Part shown: in pieces, positions 1 through 9,342 of the stretch
How positions within the stretch are numbered: the stretch's first letter is position 1
Layout: each line of letters begins with the position of its first letter
NCBI GenBank assembly: GCA_036269155.1
Contig: DATASP010000152.1
Location: 1 to 37,008, forward strand
Direction: 5' to 3'
Length of the DNA stretch: 37,008 nt
DNA from: Candidatus Udaeobacter sp.
Lineage (GTDB): Bacteria; Verrucomicrobiota; Verrucomicrobiia; Chthoniobacterales; UBA10450
Program-made: the position numbers and the translations under genes
The notes under the pieces: model-generated
What the model was told of the DNA's origin: nothing
Database searches by the model: none
What the model saw: the letters and a program-made list of their open reading frames with translations, nothing else

Positions 1-1529
1 GCACTGCCAAGTTCAACCGCCGGGCTTTCTCCCGGCGCCGCTGGCGCCAACGAAAGCGTTTCTCCCTTGGAAGCTTCGCTCTGTTTATTTGCAGCGAACA
101 CACGGTCCGGGATCGCACTCGGCTCAACAGCCGGAGCGCCCTCCGCCTGGGAGGCTCCGGCGTTGGACGTGTCGAACGCGACCGCTGGGGCCGTGGAACC
201 CTCCGGCCTTTGCATCCAACCGACATCATAAAACGCGTCAGCGAAAACACTGTTGAGCGCTGGCGAATAAATCTTATTGGCCGAACCGGTCCAGTCTGCG
301 GCTTTCTCGGCATTATTATGCTTGTACTCCCACGCTGCCTGGGCATAATAAAGTGCGGGGGTGTCGCCGGTAAATTGGAACTCCTCCATCATCGAGTGGG
401 CGCGGCTTTCTTTGCCTTGGAGCAAAAGCGTCATATAAATCTTGAATTTGATGAGCTCCGCCGCCTGATTCTTATCGCCACCCGGAGTTCGCTTGTACAA
501 TGTCTCGAAACGCTCCTGAGCCTTTGCATAGTCCTTCTTCTTAAAAGGAATCTGCGCCAGATTATATTGGGCTTCGCGGAACTTCGGATCCAGCTTGGCT
601 GCCTTCTTAAATGCAGCCTCGGCTTGATCGAATTGCTGCTGCTGCATCAAAATCTCACCACGCAAATTAAGCGTCGCCGGCTGGTTCGGGTCAGCCTGAT
701 CCGCTTGATCCACAAACTTAAGCGCTGTTGCGAAATCGCGCTGGCGTAGTGCCTGCTGGGATTGCTCGAACTTTGAGCGGGCGGCGGCCTTCGTTTTTTC
801 CGTGCGCTCGGCGGCTGTCATTAGCGGCAACGAAGGTCGGGCTGTGCCGGCGGGCTTTTCCAACCAACCGACTTCATAAAGTGATTCCGCGAAAAGTTTG
901 TTCAGCTGCGGCGAGAAATTCTTCTCTGCTGCTTTGATCCAATCGTTCGCTTCGTTTTGATTCTTCTGTTGGAGCGCGACGGCTGCCTTCACATAATCAA
1001 CGGCCGGCGTATCGGGCGAAAGTTCCAGCTTGGCCAGGATGGAATCTACCATGTTCCCTTTGCCCTCCATCAGGTAGGTCAAAAGAATTTTGTATTGGAT
1101 CAGCTGCGAAGCTTCTTTTGCCAGATCGGGCCCACCAGTGGAAAGCAGTTGCTCGAAGCGTTTCCTCGCCTCTGCCCAATCTTTTTTGAGGAACGGGATC
1201 TCCGCCAGGTTGAAGCGCGCATTCCAAAACTTCGGATCGATCCGGGCGGCTTCCTGCAATGAGGTTTCAGCTTGATCGTAATTGCCTTGCCGCATCAGAA
1301 TGACACCGCGCAGATTTTTTGACGCGGCAAGATCGGGTTGCCGGGCATCGATGCCGTCGAGTTGTTTTAACGCCTCCGGATACTTGTTTGAATCGAACGC
1401 CTTGTAAGCGGCGTTGTACATCTCCTCCAGCTCGGCTTTGGTCGGTGCGACGTTATCCGCCGCAAATAAGTTTGCCGCGAAGGAGCCAACTACCAGCGCG
1501 GCCACCGCCGCCATCCCCCAGAATCTCAT
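1..1529 (-). CDS. Secreted TPR-like repeat protein with a tandem 198-aa internal duplication; the C-terminus runs off the window edge, and the ORF is absent from the supplied track
   Basis: The reverse-complement translation from ATG (1529-1527) stays open to base 1. It begins MRFWGMAAVAALVVGSFAANLFAADNV, which looks like a signal peptide. Two TPR-like modules follow (aa 31-228 = nt 846-1439; aa 247-444 = nt 198-791), then an Ala/Pro/Ser-rich tail. The + strand ORFs listed here (210..749, 957..1262 and others) are low-complexity antisense artefacts. Confidence 0.75.
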   Translation of the reverse strand, partial: MRFWGMAAVAALVVGSFAANLFAADNVAPTKAELEEMYNAAYKAFDSNKYPEALKQLDGIDARQPDLAASKNLRGVILMRQGNYDQAETSLQEAARIDPKFWNARFNLAEIPFLKKDWAEARKRFEQLLSTGGPDLAKEASQLIQYKILLTYLMEGKGNMVDSILAKLELSPDTPAVDYVKAAVALQQKNQNEANDWIKAAEKNFSPQLNKLFAESLYEVGWLEKPAGTARPSLPLMTAAERTEKTKAAARSKFEQSQQALRQRDFATALKFVDQADQADPNQPATLNLRGEILMQQQQFDQAEAAFKKAAKLDPKFREAQYNLAQIPFKKKDYAKAQERFETLYKRTPGGDKNQAAELIKFKIYMTLLLQGKESRAHSMMEEFQFTGDTPALYYAQAAWEYKHNNAEKAADWTGSANKIYSPALNSVFADAFYDVGWMQRPEGSTAPAVAFDTSNAGASQAEGAPAVEPSAIPDRVFAANKQSEASKGETLSLAPAAPGESPAVELGS

Positions 1530-1647
1530 GGAGTAGCGATTGAAGCCCTGTTCAGGGCATCTGACAAGTGGAAAGTTGTTCATGCGAGTCGATTTTTCAG
1601 CGCGCTTCGGAAAAACCGCAAATAGACGGTGATCTCCTCGTGTAGGT

Positions 1648-2388
1648 TCAGTCATTGAGATTGGCCACGATCCGTAAACCTTCCAAAGTGAGATGGGGAT
1701 GGATTACACCGATCTCCGGCAAGCATCCGGCGATGAGGCGCGCGTAACCGCCTGTCGCCACGATGTAGGCCTTCTTGCGCGGAAATTGCTCTGCCTTGAT
1801 TCGGGCAAGGATTTCCTTAACCAATCCACGAAATCCGAACACCGCGCCAGAAAGCATCGCCTCGATTGTGGACTTACCGACCGCGTGTCGCGGCTCTTTC
1901 AACGAAATCCTCGGCAGAAGCGCCGTTCGTTGGTAAAGAAAGTTAGTCATCGATTCGAGTCCCGGTGCAATCACGCCGCCGACGTACGTGCGCCGATCGG
2001 AAACGATGTCGAAAGTCACGGCTGTGCCAAAATCGACCACGATCGCGGGAACTCCATAAAGCTCCGCAACTGCCGCAGCGTTCGCCAGTCGATCCGCGCC
2101 GATCGACCGCGGCTTCGGATAATCAATTCCTACACCGAGATTCAGCTTCCAATCCAGCCAGAGCACGTTGGCCTTTTTCTTTGCCGCTTTTAATACCGCA
2201 GAATTTCTTTCCGGTACTACCGAAGAGACAACCACTTTCCGCACTTTTCTCTTTTTTAAAAATCCCGCGACGACAGCGCTTGTGACGTCGCTAGTACTGA
2301 TCCGGACAGGAGCCGAGACTTGCCTTTTCGATGCAAACGCAAACTTTGCGTACGAGTTACTGATATCGATCAACAAATAGTCGGTCAT
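1648..2388 (-). CDS. coaX: Type III pantothenate kinase (CoaX/Baf family)
   Basis: Motifs: MTDYLLIDISNSYAKFAF (the DxGNT-like phosphate-1 motif, here DISNS), GADRLANAAA, VVDFGTAVTFD, GGVIAPG. I chose the ATG at 2388 over the track start at 2436 because family members start directly at the LxxDxxN strand. Confidence 0.85.
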   Translation of the reverse strand: MTDYLLIDISNSYAKFAFASKRQVSAPVRISTSDVTSAVVAGFLKKRKVRKVVVSSVVPERNSAVLKAAKKKANVLWLDWKLNLGVGIDYPKPRSIGADRLANAAAVAELYGVPAIVVDFGTAVTFDIVSDRRTYVGGVIAPGLESMTNFLYQRTALLPRISLKEPRHAVGKSTIEAMLSGAVFGFRGLVKEILARIKAEQFPRKKAYIVATGGYARLIAGCLPEIGVIHPHLTLEGLRIVANLND

Positions 2389-2511
2389 TCGTGTGAAAAC
2401 CAGACACGCCAAAAAAAAGACAGCTGTGTCATGCACGCGCTACATGGAAGGGTTTTCGGCGTCAAGTGCCCTTTGCTTGCGACAGGTGCGTCGCGCGCGT
2501 AGCCTCGCCTC

Positions 2512-3498
2512 ATGAGAAGATTGGTGCATCGCCCGCGGCGCTTGCGGCGTTCCCTATCCTTGCGAAATCTTGTCCGCGAGACGCAATTGAGCATCCACGA
2601 TTTTGTTCTGCCTCTGTTCGTAAGCGAAAAATTGGATGAGCGTCAGCCAATCGTCAGCATGCCGGGAGTTTTTCAGTTGCCCCTAAAACAGATTGCTGAT
2701 GAAGCGCGCCGCGCTCAAGATCTCGGGCTCCAGGCAGTCCTTCTTTTCGGGATTCCAGAACTGAAAGACGAACAGGCCAGCGGCGCTTACTCAGAAAATG
2801 GAGTCATTCAAAAAGCCGTGCGATCCATTAAATCAAAATGTCCGGATTTGGTCACAATTACCGACGTTTGCCTGTGCGAATACATGAGCCATGGCCATTG
2901 TGGCGTCACACGTATCGACGGAGACCATTTCCATGTTCTCAACGACGAAAGCGTCGAGCTTTTGGTCAAAACGGCGCTCTCTCACGCGGCAGCGGGTGCA
3001 GACACGGTCGCGCCAAGCGATATGATGGACGGCCGGATTGGCGCGATTCGCGAGGCGCTTGATGACGGAGGCTTCGATCAGACTGGGATTATCAGTTATG
3101 CAGCCAAGTTTGCTTCGTCATTTTACGGACCCTTCCGTGAGGCGGCCGAAAGCCCGCCGCAATTTGGCGATCGCCGTTCGTACCAAATGGATTTCGCCAA
3201 CGCAAATGAAGCCCTGCGCGAGGTAGCCCTGGATATCGATGAAGGAGCGGACATCGTGATGGTAAAGCCAGCCTTGCCCTATCTCGATATCTTATGGCGC
3301 GTCCGTGAGCGCTTCGGAAAACCGACTGCCGTCTACCATGTCAGCGGCGAGTATGCGATGGTCAAAAGCGCTGTCGAAAAAGGGCTCCTCGATGAGCGCC
3401 CCGCTGCGCTTGAGATCATGACTGCGCTCAAGCGCGCCGGCGCGGATGTCATCGTCACATACTGGGCACGCGAGCTCGCGAAATGGCTGAGAGAGTAG
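2512..3498 (+). CDS. hemB: Porphobilinogen synthase (delta-aminolevulinate dehydratase), Zn-type
   Basis: Motifs: RRLRRS..LRNLVRET, the Cys-rich Zn site DVCLCEYMSHGHCG, VAPSDMMDGRIGAIR, the Schiff-base lysine contexts SYAAKFASSFYGPFREA and IVMVKPALPYLDI, and VSGEYAM. Confidence 0.95.
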   Translation: MRRLVHRPRRLRRSLSLRNLVRETQLSIHDFVLPLFVSEKLDERQPIVSMPGVFQLPLKQIADEARRAQDLGLQAVLLFGIPELKDEQASGAYSENGVIQKAVRSIKSKCPDLVTITDVCLCEYMSHGHCGVTRIDGDHFHVLNDESVELLVKTALSHAAAGADTVAPSDMMDGRIGAIREALDDGGFDQTGIISYAAKFASSFYGPFREAAESPPQFGDRRSYQMDFANANEALREVALDIDEGADIVMVKPALPYLDILWRVRERFGKPTAVYHVSGEYAMVKSAVEKGLLDERPAALEIMTALKRAGADVIVTYWARELAKWLRE

Positions 3499-4322
3499 CA
3501 AGCGGCCACTGCGAATCCGACTTTGGACTGCGCGGACATGTCCGCGCTTTCAAAAGCGGCGACGTCTCGCCGCGCTCCAAAGAGCCGCGTAACGAAACGG
3601 AAACACACGCGCGTTTGAAGCAGCTCGCGTTTATTTGGGCACAGGCGCAAGGATTTTCTGCATGCGCAATGGAAGTAACTTTGCCAAACTGTCGGTACCG
3701 CGCCGACGTCGCCGGCCATCGACGGCAGCCAAAACAGACTGGATCGACAGCGATTTTCGAATGCAAACAAGCGCTTTGCGACTTGCGGCGAGACAATTGT
3801 CATAGCAAAGCTGCGCTCGAGCGTCTCGACTTTGTCTGCCAGCGGCGCCAAATTCTCGAAGCCCGCCTGCGCGAGCACTATCCAAACCTGCGGAATGGCG
3901 ATTCGCTCTTCCCTGAGTTTGATTTGGAGAATTTTACCGCGATCGGTCACCTTGGTTACGCGCGGCTTTTGCGTGACATGCGTGCTCTGCAAAATCGCCT
4001 CTATGACTGCACCAAGTTCGACAAATTGATCCGCTACCGCTGCGCAAACTTGTTTTTCCTCGTTCTGCCTCAAGAATTATTCCGCGAACCGGAGATTCCG
4101 GTCAGCTGGGGCGCGCTCGTGGAATCAAATGGCGCTCTCACACTCAAGCGAAAACCAACATGGCATGACACAACAACCGAGGATCGAATTGCTCTTCTAC
4201 AGCGAATCGCCATTACAGGGACCCGAGTGCTAAATCGACAACTGGAAATCGGATGGGAACAAGTCGCGGCCGGAGGTTGCCGATCGATCCTGGCGGGGAT
4301 AGCTAGCCCGGCGACTGAATAG
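3483..4322 (+). CDS. PD-(D/E)XK nuclease-fold protein, MmcB-family-like (hypothetical)
   Basis: The sequence ...MEVTLPNCRYRADVAG...TAIFECKQALCDLRRD gives an E / D / ExK arrangement. Further on, KFDKLIRYRCANLFFLVLPQEL resembles the C-terminal block of MmcB-type proteins. The start is uncertain: the ATG at 3483 overlaps the hemB end by 16 nt. The stop overlaps the convergent gpmI stop region. Confidence 0.5.
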   Translation: MAERVASGHCESDFGLRGHVRAFKSGDVSPRSKEPRNETETHARLKQLAFIWAQAQGFSACAMEVTLPNCRYRADVAGHRRQPKQTGSTAIFECKQALCDLRRDNCHSKAALERLDFVCQRRQILEARLREHYPNLRNGDSLFPEFDLENFTAIGHLGYARLLRDMRALQNRLYDCTKFDKLIRYRCANLFFLVLPQELFREPEIPVSWGALVESNGALTLKRKPTWHDTTTEDRIALLQRIAITGTRVLNRQLEIGWEQVAAGGCRSILAGIASPATE

Positions 4323-5847
4323 GCACGAGCAAATTGTGCCCGGTCATCTCTTTTGGCTGCGGCAGTCCCAGCAAAAACAAAAGAGTCGGCGCCACATCGG
4401 CCAGAATTCCATCTTCGCAGCGAAACCTTGGTGCATCTTTGGCGACGTAAATGAAATGCACAAGGTTGCTGGTATGCGCGGTGTTGGGTGAGCCATCGGG
4501 ATTGCGCATCTGTTCGCAGTTACCGTGGTCGGCGGTGATCAGGCATTTGCCATCCAACTCGAGAAGTTTTGGGATAATTCGCGCAATGGATTCATCCACG
4601 GTTTCGACGGCCTTGATTCCCGCCTTAACCACACCGGTGTGGCCGACCATGTCGGGATTGGCGAAGTTTAGGACGATCAGATCGTAATTCGCCATGAGCG
4701 CGAGCACTTCATCGGTGACCTCAAAGGCGCTCATCTCCGGTTTCAAGTCGTAGGTAGCGACTTTTGGTGAGGGAATCAGTTTGCGGTCTTCGCCCGGAAA
4801 CGGTTTCTCGATTCCACCATTAAAAAAGTAAGTCACATGCGCGTATTTCTCTGTCTCAGCGATGCGCAGTTGCGATTTGCCTGCAGCGCTCACCACCTCA
4901 GCCAGGATGCCGTCAAGCTCTTGGTGTGGAAAAAGGAACGGCGATGGGAAGCGGACGTCGTATTGCGTGAGGCTGACAAAACGGACTTGCGGCCACACCT
5001 CGCGGTCGAAGCTGTCGAAATCCTTCAGCAAAAAGGCTTGCGATAATTGCCTCGCCCGATCGGCGCGGAAATTGAAAAACAAAACTGAGTCGCCATCGCG
5101 CAAACGCTGCTCGTTTGGGTAGGAGAAAATCAGCGGCGGCATAAACTCATCCGTCTTGCCGAGGGAGTATTGTCGCTCAACCGCCGCGGACGGCGACGAT
5201 TTGCAGAACTCACCGCGACCAAGAACGATTGCGTCCCAGGCTTTTTTCGTGCGGTCCCACCGCCGGTCACGATCCATTGCAAAATAGCGACCAATCACCG
5301 TAACTATCCTGGCGCCGCTCTTCTCCAGTTCCTTTTCGCAGGTTCTCAAAAAACCAGCCCCCCCAGTGGGGGACGTGTCTCGCCCATCGGTGAAAGTATG
5401 GACGAAGATTTCGGCTACACCTGCTTCATGCGCAGCGTTAGCAAGCGCTATCATGTGCGAATAATGGCTGTGTACGCCGCCGTCGGAAACCAACCCCAGC
5501 AAGTGAAGCCGGTGACCGCGCGCATCTACGAATGTTTCTTGTAAAACTTGGTTGCGAGTTAGTTCGCCCTCTTCGATCGCTTTATTAATTCGCGTCAGAT
5601 CCTGATAAACAATTCTACCTGCTCCCAGGTTAAGGTGGCCAACTTCCGAGTTGCCCATCTGTCTCTTCGGTAAGCCGACATCGACGCCACTGGCGCTCAA
5701 TTTAGAAGATGGATAATCCCGGTAGAGCTTGTCGTGAAAGGGGGTGGACGCGAGGAGCGTGGCGTCTCCATTCTCATTGCGCTTTTCCGCGCCGCCCGGA
5801 TTAATGCCCCAGCCGTCGCGAATGATGAGCATCACCGGACCAGCCAT
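4303..5847 (-). CDS. gpmI: 2,3-bisphosphoglycerate-independent phosphoglycerate mutase
   Basis: Motifs: MAGPVMLIIRDGWG, MGNSEVGHLNLGAGRIVYQDL, HLLGLVSDGGVHSH, FTDGRDTSP, NFANPDMVGHTG, ITADHGNCE. The ATG at 5847 fits the family N-terminus better than the track start at 5904. Confidence 0.93.
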   Translation of the reverse strand: MAGPVMLIIRDGWGINPGGAEKRNENGDATLLASTPFHDKLYRDYPSSKLSASGVDVGLPKRQMGNSEVGHLNLGAGRIVYQDLTRINKAIEEGELTRNQVLQETFVDARGHRLHLLGLVSDGGVHSHYSHMIALANAAHEAGVAEIFVHTFTDGRDTSPTGGAGFLRTCEKELEKSGARIVTVIGRYFAMDRDRRWDRTKKAWDAIVLGRGEFCKSSPSAAVERQYSLGKTDEFMPPLIFSYPNEQRLRDGDSVLFFNFRADRARQLSQAFLLKDFDSFDREVWPQVRFVSLTQYDVRFPSPFLFPHQELDGILAEVVSAAGKSQLRIAETEKYAHVTYFFNGGIEKPFPGEDRKLIPSPKVATYDLKPEMSAFEVTDEVLALMANYDLIVLNFANPDMVGHTGVVKAGIKAVETVDESIARIIPKLLELDGKCLITADHGNCEQMRNPDGSPNTAHTSNLVHFIYVAKDAPRFRCEDGILADVAPTLLFLLGLPQPKEMTGHNLLVPIQSPG

Positions 5848-5933
5848 ACGTCGCGCACTTTGCTGGTGAATGCCAAGGCCGACAAGCGGTTCTTTCGTTG
5901 ACAACCGGACAAACGCGCGCCTAGATCGGCCTC

Positions 5934-7199
5934 GTGAAATGGCGCAATCAGTTGCTCGCGCTTTTCTGCCTTCTCGCGTTTGCCGGCGTCGGGATTCTTT
6001 ACTTTCAACACTGGGTCATTCGCAAGCCCTTTGGAATCATTGTGTTTGTTGGAGAAGGTCTCTCGCCAGCTCGGCTGGGCCCCACTCGTACTTATGCCGG
6101 TGGCGCTGGCACGCGCCTGAACGTGGACTCGATGCCTCAAGCAGCTTTGGTGATGAATTACTCGAAGGATTTTGCCGCTCCCGATCAAGCGGCTGCCGCA
6201 ACCGCAATCGCGACAGGTGAAAGGGTGGCCAATCGCGCCCTTGCTATCAATGCTGAGGGCAAGCCTATCAAGAACATCGTCGAGCTCGCACGCGAACACG
6301 GACGAGCCACAGGGTTAGTGACGGATACAAAGCTTACTGAATCGACCAGCGCGGCTTTTTACGCGCACCCGGCCGAATCGACCGATCTCGAGAAAATCGC
6401 TGCTGAGTTCGTGGATCGTGCGAACATCGACATCGCAATGGGTGGCGGCGGGGCGCAGTTTCTTCCGGTCACGAAAGGTGGAGAAAGGCAAGACAATCGC
6501 GACCTGTTGCTCGAACTTCGGGGCAACGGATTTGATATTGTTCGGACACGAGCGGAGCTGGAAACAATCCCTGCGTGGCGCCGGCCGAAACTCTTTGGTG
6601 TTTTCAGTGATGGCGATCTCGCATTCACGAACCAAGTAGAAGAGAGAAATCACCAGCCCAGCCTTTCAGATATGGTACGGCGAGCCATCCAACTACTTCA
6701 ATATAATCCCGGCGGCTATTTACTGGTTGTCGATGCAGGGCTGATGCGCAAGGCAGCACAGGAAAACAACGGAGAAAGGACCCTAAGCCAAACAGTCGAA
6801 CTAGACCGAGCAGTCGGCGTTGCTCGAAGCTATGGAGGACAAAGATCGACAATTGTAGTCTGCGGTGATGTGGCAATCGGTGGACTTAGCTTGAATGGCT
6901 TTCCTTTTCGCAAAGATAGCGGGATCGCATTGCTGGGTTTTAATTCAGCCGGACAACCTTGGATCACCTGGGCAACCGGTCCCCACGGCACCAAGTCGTA
7001 TGGCCCGGCAAGAATACCGGAGAAAGACCCAGCCGAGACGCAGCAATCGGAAGAGCCGGAGCCGGCGGCGTTCTACACGAAATCCGCATTGGTTACGGTT
7101 GAAGACGTCGTCGCGTTCGGCAGCGGCCCGGGAACAGACGCGCTGCAAGGAGTGGTGGAGAGCACAACTGTTTTCGAAATTTTGCGTGACGAGCTTTGA
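5934..7199 (+). CDS. Membrane-anchored alkaline phosphatase (PhoA) family homologue with a degenerate active site
   Basis: GTG start followed by an N-terminal TM (LLALFCLLAFAGVGILYF). It is collinear with E. coli PhoA blocks, but key residues differ: GDGMG becomes GEGLS, DSAASATA becomes DQAAAATA, TAELQDATPAA becomes DTKLTESTSAA, EGASIDKQDH becomes DAGLMRKAAQ, and TADHAH becomes CGDVAI. Confidence 0.7.
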   Translation: MKWRNQLLALFCLLAFAGVGILYFQHWVIRKPFGIIVFVGEGLSPARLGPTRTYAGGAGTRLNVDSMPQAALVMNYSKDFAAPDQAAAATAIATGERVANRALAINAEGKPIKNIVELAREHGRATGLVTDTKLTESTSAAFYAHPAESTDLEKIAAEFVDRANIDIAMGGGGAQFLPVTKGGERQDNRDLLLELRGNGFDIVRTRAELETIPAWRRPKLFGVFSDGDLAFTNQVEERNHQPSLSDMVRRAIQLLQYNPGGYLLVVDAGLMRKAAQENNGERTLSQTVELDRAVGVARSYGGQRSTIVVCGDVAIGGLSLNGFPFRKDSGIALLGFNSAGQPWITWATGPHGTKSYGPARIPEKDPAETQQSEEPEPAAFYTKSALVTVEDVVAFGSGPGTDALQGVVESTTVFEILRDEL

Positions 7200-7245
7200 C
7201 GAGCAATCTGGCGCCGAGCGAACGCCCTATACGCCAGTGCGTCTC

Positions 7246-9312
7246 TTATCTTGGTGTCTCGCGGTACGGCACGCCGAGCCGATAAAAACCTAGCTGTTCT
7301 CCCAAGTCCGCGACTAATGCGTTGTCGCCAGACAGTCGTGCCAGCTGTATGGCGGCTTTCGCGCTTTCGATTGCCTTCCCAAATTGCCCAGTCTCCGCAT
7401 AGCCTGCTGCCAAGGTGCGCAGCACAAGGGGGTTAGTGCCACCCAACAGCTGATTAGCTTCGCCAGCAAGCCTGACTGCCTTGTTACCGTCTCGTAGGGC
7501 GTCGTTAGAACTGGTGGCCAGCAGCCACGCCAGATTAGTTAGAGCAGAAATTGACTTTGGGGAAATCTGCACGGCTTTTTCGTAATGATCAATCGCTTCG
7601 GCCGTTTCGCCTTTCTGATCCAGAGCAACAGCCAGCACCGTGTGACAATCTGCATTGTCAGGTCGGATGAACAGGGCAGCCCGACAATACTGGACGGCAG
7701 TATCGAGGTCACCTTTCTCAAGTGACGCACGGGCGAGACCGTAATGTGCGAGAAAGTAGTCGGGCCGTAATGCGATTGCCTTTTGGTAATGAACGATTGC
7801 TTCCTCAACTCGTTTTTTCTGAAGGAGAGCATCACCCAAAGAAACCTGACTATCTGGATCATTTGGCTGCATGGCCACAGCTCGATCACAATGGAGGATG
7901 GCCTCATCTACTTCGCCTTTGGCTACAAGAGCCGTGCCAAGATTGTACTCAGCGTCCCAGAAATCGGGCTGCATTTGCAGGGCCGCCCGATAATGCGCAA
8001 TTGCGTCATTTAACTGACCTTTCTGGAGAAGGACGATGCCAAGGTTCGTATGAGCCATCCAGCATTCGGGATTTTTCGCCAGTGTGGTCCGCCAAAGGGT
8101 TTCAATGTCCCCATACATTGCAGCTTGTCGCCACGTCAAAGCACCAAGGCTTGCAACCGCGAATAACGCCGCGCCCAAGATCCAGGCGCGATACCGCTTT
8201 AACATGTCGGCCAGACTAACTATGCCTGCCGAAAGGAGTGCGATTGGAGCGATACACGCCAGATACTGATAGTGGTCCGCCACAAACGTGTAGCGAAACG
8301 TGAACAGCATAATGAACCCCAGCACCGGGCTCAGTGTGGTGACGAAAAACGCGGCCGCGACCTCGACACTGCGTCCGACATATCGCCTCAGGACGTAGAT
8401 CGTCACGCACAACACGATTCCCGCCAGCAACCATGTGTAGTCCAGCAGGTGTGCCGGTGAGATATTCCATTTTGGATAGATGAAAGTCAGATTGGACGGC
8501 CAGATGAGTTTGCCCAGATAAAACCAGACAGCACGGCTGGCCACGAGTATTCGCTCTATAGGACTCAGAAACGGAAAGACCGTCCTGCTTGTACCCTGAT
8601 GATAGCGTTCCCACCAAATTGCCAGCAAACCCATGCCGATGCTCAGGATAACAAAAGGTAGGATCTGGATCAGACGCTGTTTGGTAATCGGCCTTTTCTG
8701 TAGCCAGAGAATCAAAAGCAACGCAGCTGGCAAAGTACAGGCGGTGCTTTTGGCTGAAAGCGCCAGTACGTAAAGGACTAGGGCCAGCGCATAAAAACGC
8801 CACGGCCGCTTCGTCCGCTCGTCAATAAAAGCGATCCACGCAAGCAGCGTCAGGAGAAAGAAAAGGGCCATCAGCACATTCTTGCGTTCCGTGATCCAAG
8901 CAACCGATTCAACTTGCACTGGATGCAGAGCAAAAATCGCTCCGGCAAGCCACGCGCCCGGCACATTCAGGCGCGCCAGCACCCTCCACACCAGCAGCGC
9001 GTTGGCAACGTGAAGCAGGAGGTTAACCCAATGGTAGCCGGAAGGATTGAGACCCCAAAGCGCGCGCTCGATCCGAAAGGTCGTATAAACCAGCGGAAAA
9101 TATTGAGAAGGCGAATCCAGCGAAAACCAGATTCGACGTAAGCCATCGGATGCAGTCAGCAGATCGTTTTTTGTGATGTAATCATCATCGTCCCATAGGA
9201 ACCCGCCATTCCATGCAGGTCGATACGCAAAGATCGTCACAGCCGCCAGAAGCAGGACGAAAAAAAGGGTGTGAAAATGTGCACGAAAGAGGCGTTTATC
9301 AACTGCGTGCAC
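7246..9312 (-). CDS. TMTC-like GT-C membrane glycosyltransferase homologue with C-terminal TPR array (paralogue P1, type A)
   Basis: Loop-1 acidic motif FLWDDDDYITKND. DUF1736-type block HPVQVESVAWITERKNVLMALFFLLTLLAW. About 10 TMs, then at least 5 TPRs and a shared C-terminal module. The track ORF runs to 9438, but codons 1-42 look like a relic of another gene. I therefore propose the GTG at 9312 as start (uncertain). Confidence 0.85.
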   Translation of the reverse strand: MHAVDKRLFRAHFHTLFFVLLLAAVTIFAYRPAWNGGFLWDDDDYITKNDLLTASDGLRRIWFSLDSPSQYFPLVYTTFRIERALWGLNPSGYHWVNLLLHVANALLVWRVLARLNVPGAWLAGAIFALHPVQVESVAWITERKNVLMALFFLLTLLAWIAFIDERTKRPWRFYALALVLYVLALSAKSTACTLPAALLLILWLQKRPITKQRLIQILPFVILSIGMGLLAIWWERYHQGTSRTVFPFLSPIERILVASRAVWFYLGKLIWPSNLTFIYPKWNISPAHLLDYTWLLAGIVLCVTIYVLRRYVGRSVEVAAAFFVTTLSPVLGFIMLFTFRYTFVADHYQYLACIAPIALLSAGIVSLADMLKRYRAWILGAALFAVASLGALTWRQAAMYGDIETLWRTTLAKNPECWMAHTNLGIVLLQKGQLNDAIAHYRAALQMQPDFWDAEYNLGTALVAKGEVDEAILHCDRAVAMQPNDPDSQVSLGDALLQKKRVEEAIVHYQKAIALRPDYFLAHYGLARASLEKGDLDTAVQYCRAALFIRPDNADCHTVLAVALDQKGETAEAIDHYEKAVQISPKSISALTNLAWLLATSSNDALRDGNKAVRLAGEANQLLGGTNPLVLRTLAAGYAETGQFGKAIESAKAAIQLARLSGDNALVADLGEQLGFYRLGVPYRETPR

Positions 9313-9342
9313 GACCGATCTTAGTTTAGATGCCTGTTTCCG

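Noticed and set aside
210-1543. Several + strand ORFs (210..749, 728..937, 957..1262, 1090..1275, 1319..1543)
   Set aside because: Their translations are low-complexity, Leu/Arg-rich and without motifs. The opposite strand encodes one continuous TPR protein with a signal peptide, so these are antisense artefacts.
3333-4073. 246-aa minus-strand ORF overlapping the hemB 3' end and the MmcB-like gene
   Set aside because: It has no recognisable motifs and is Cys/Arg/Ser-rich. It runs antisense to two better-supported + strand genes.
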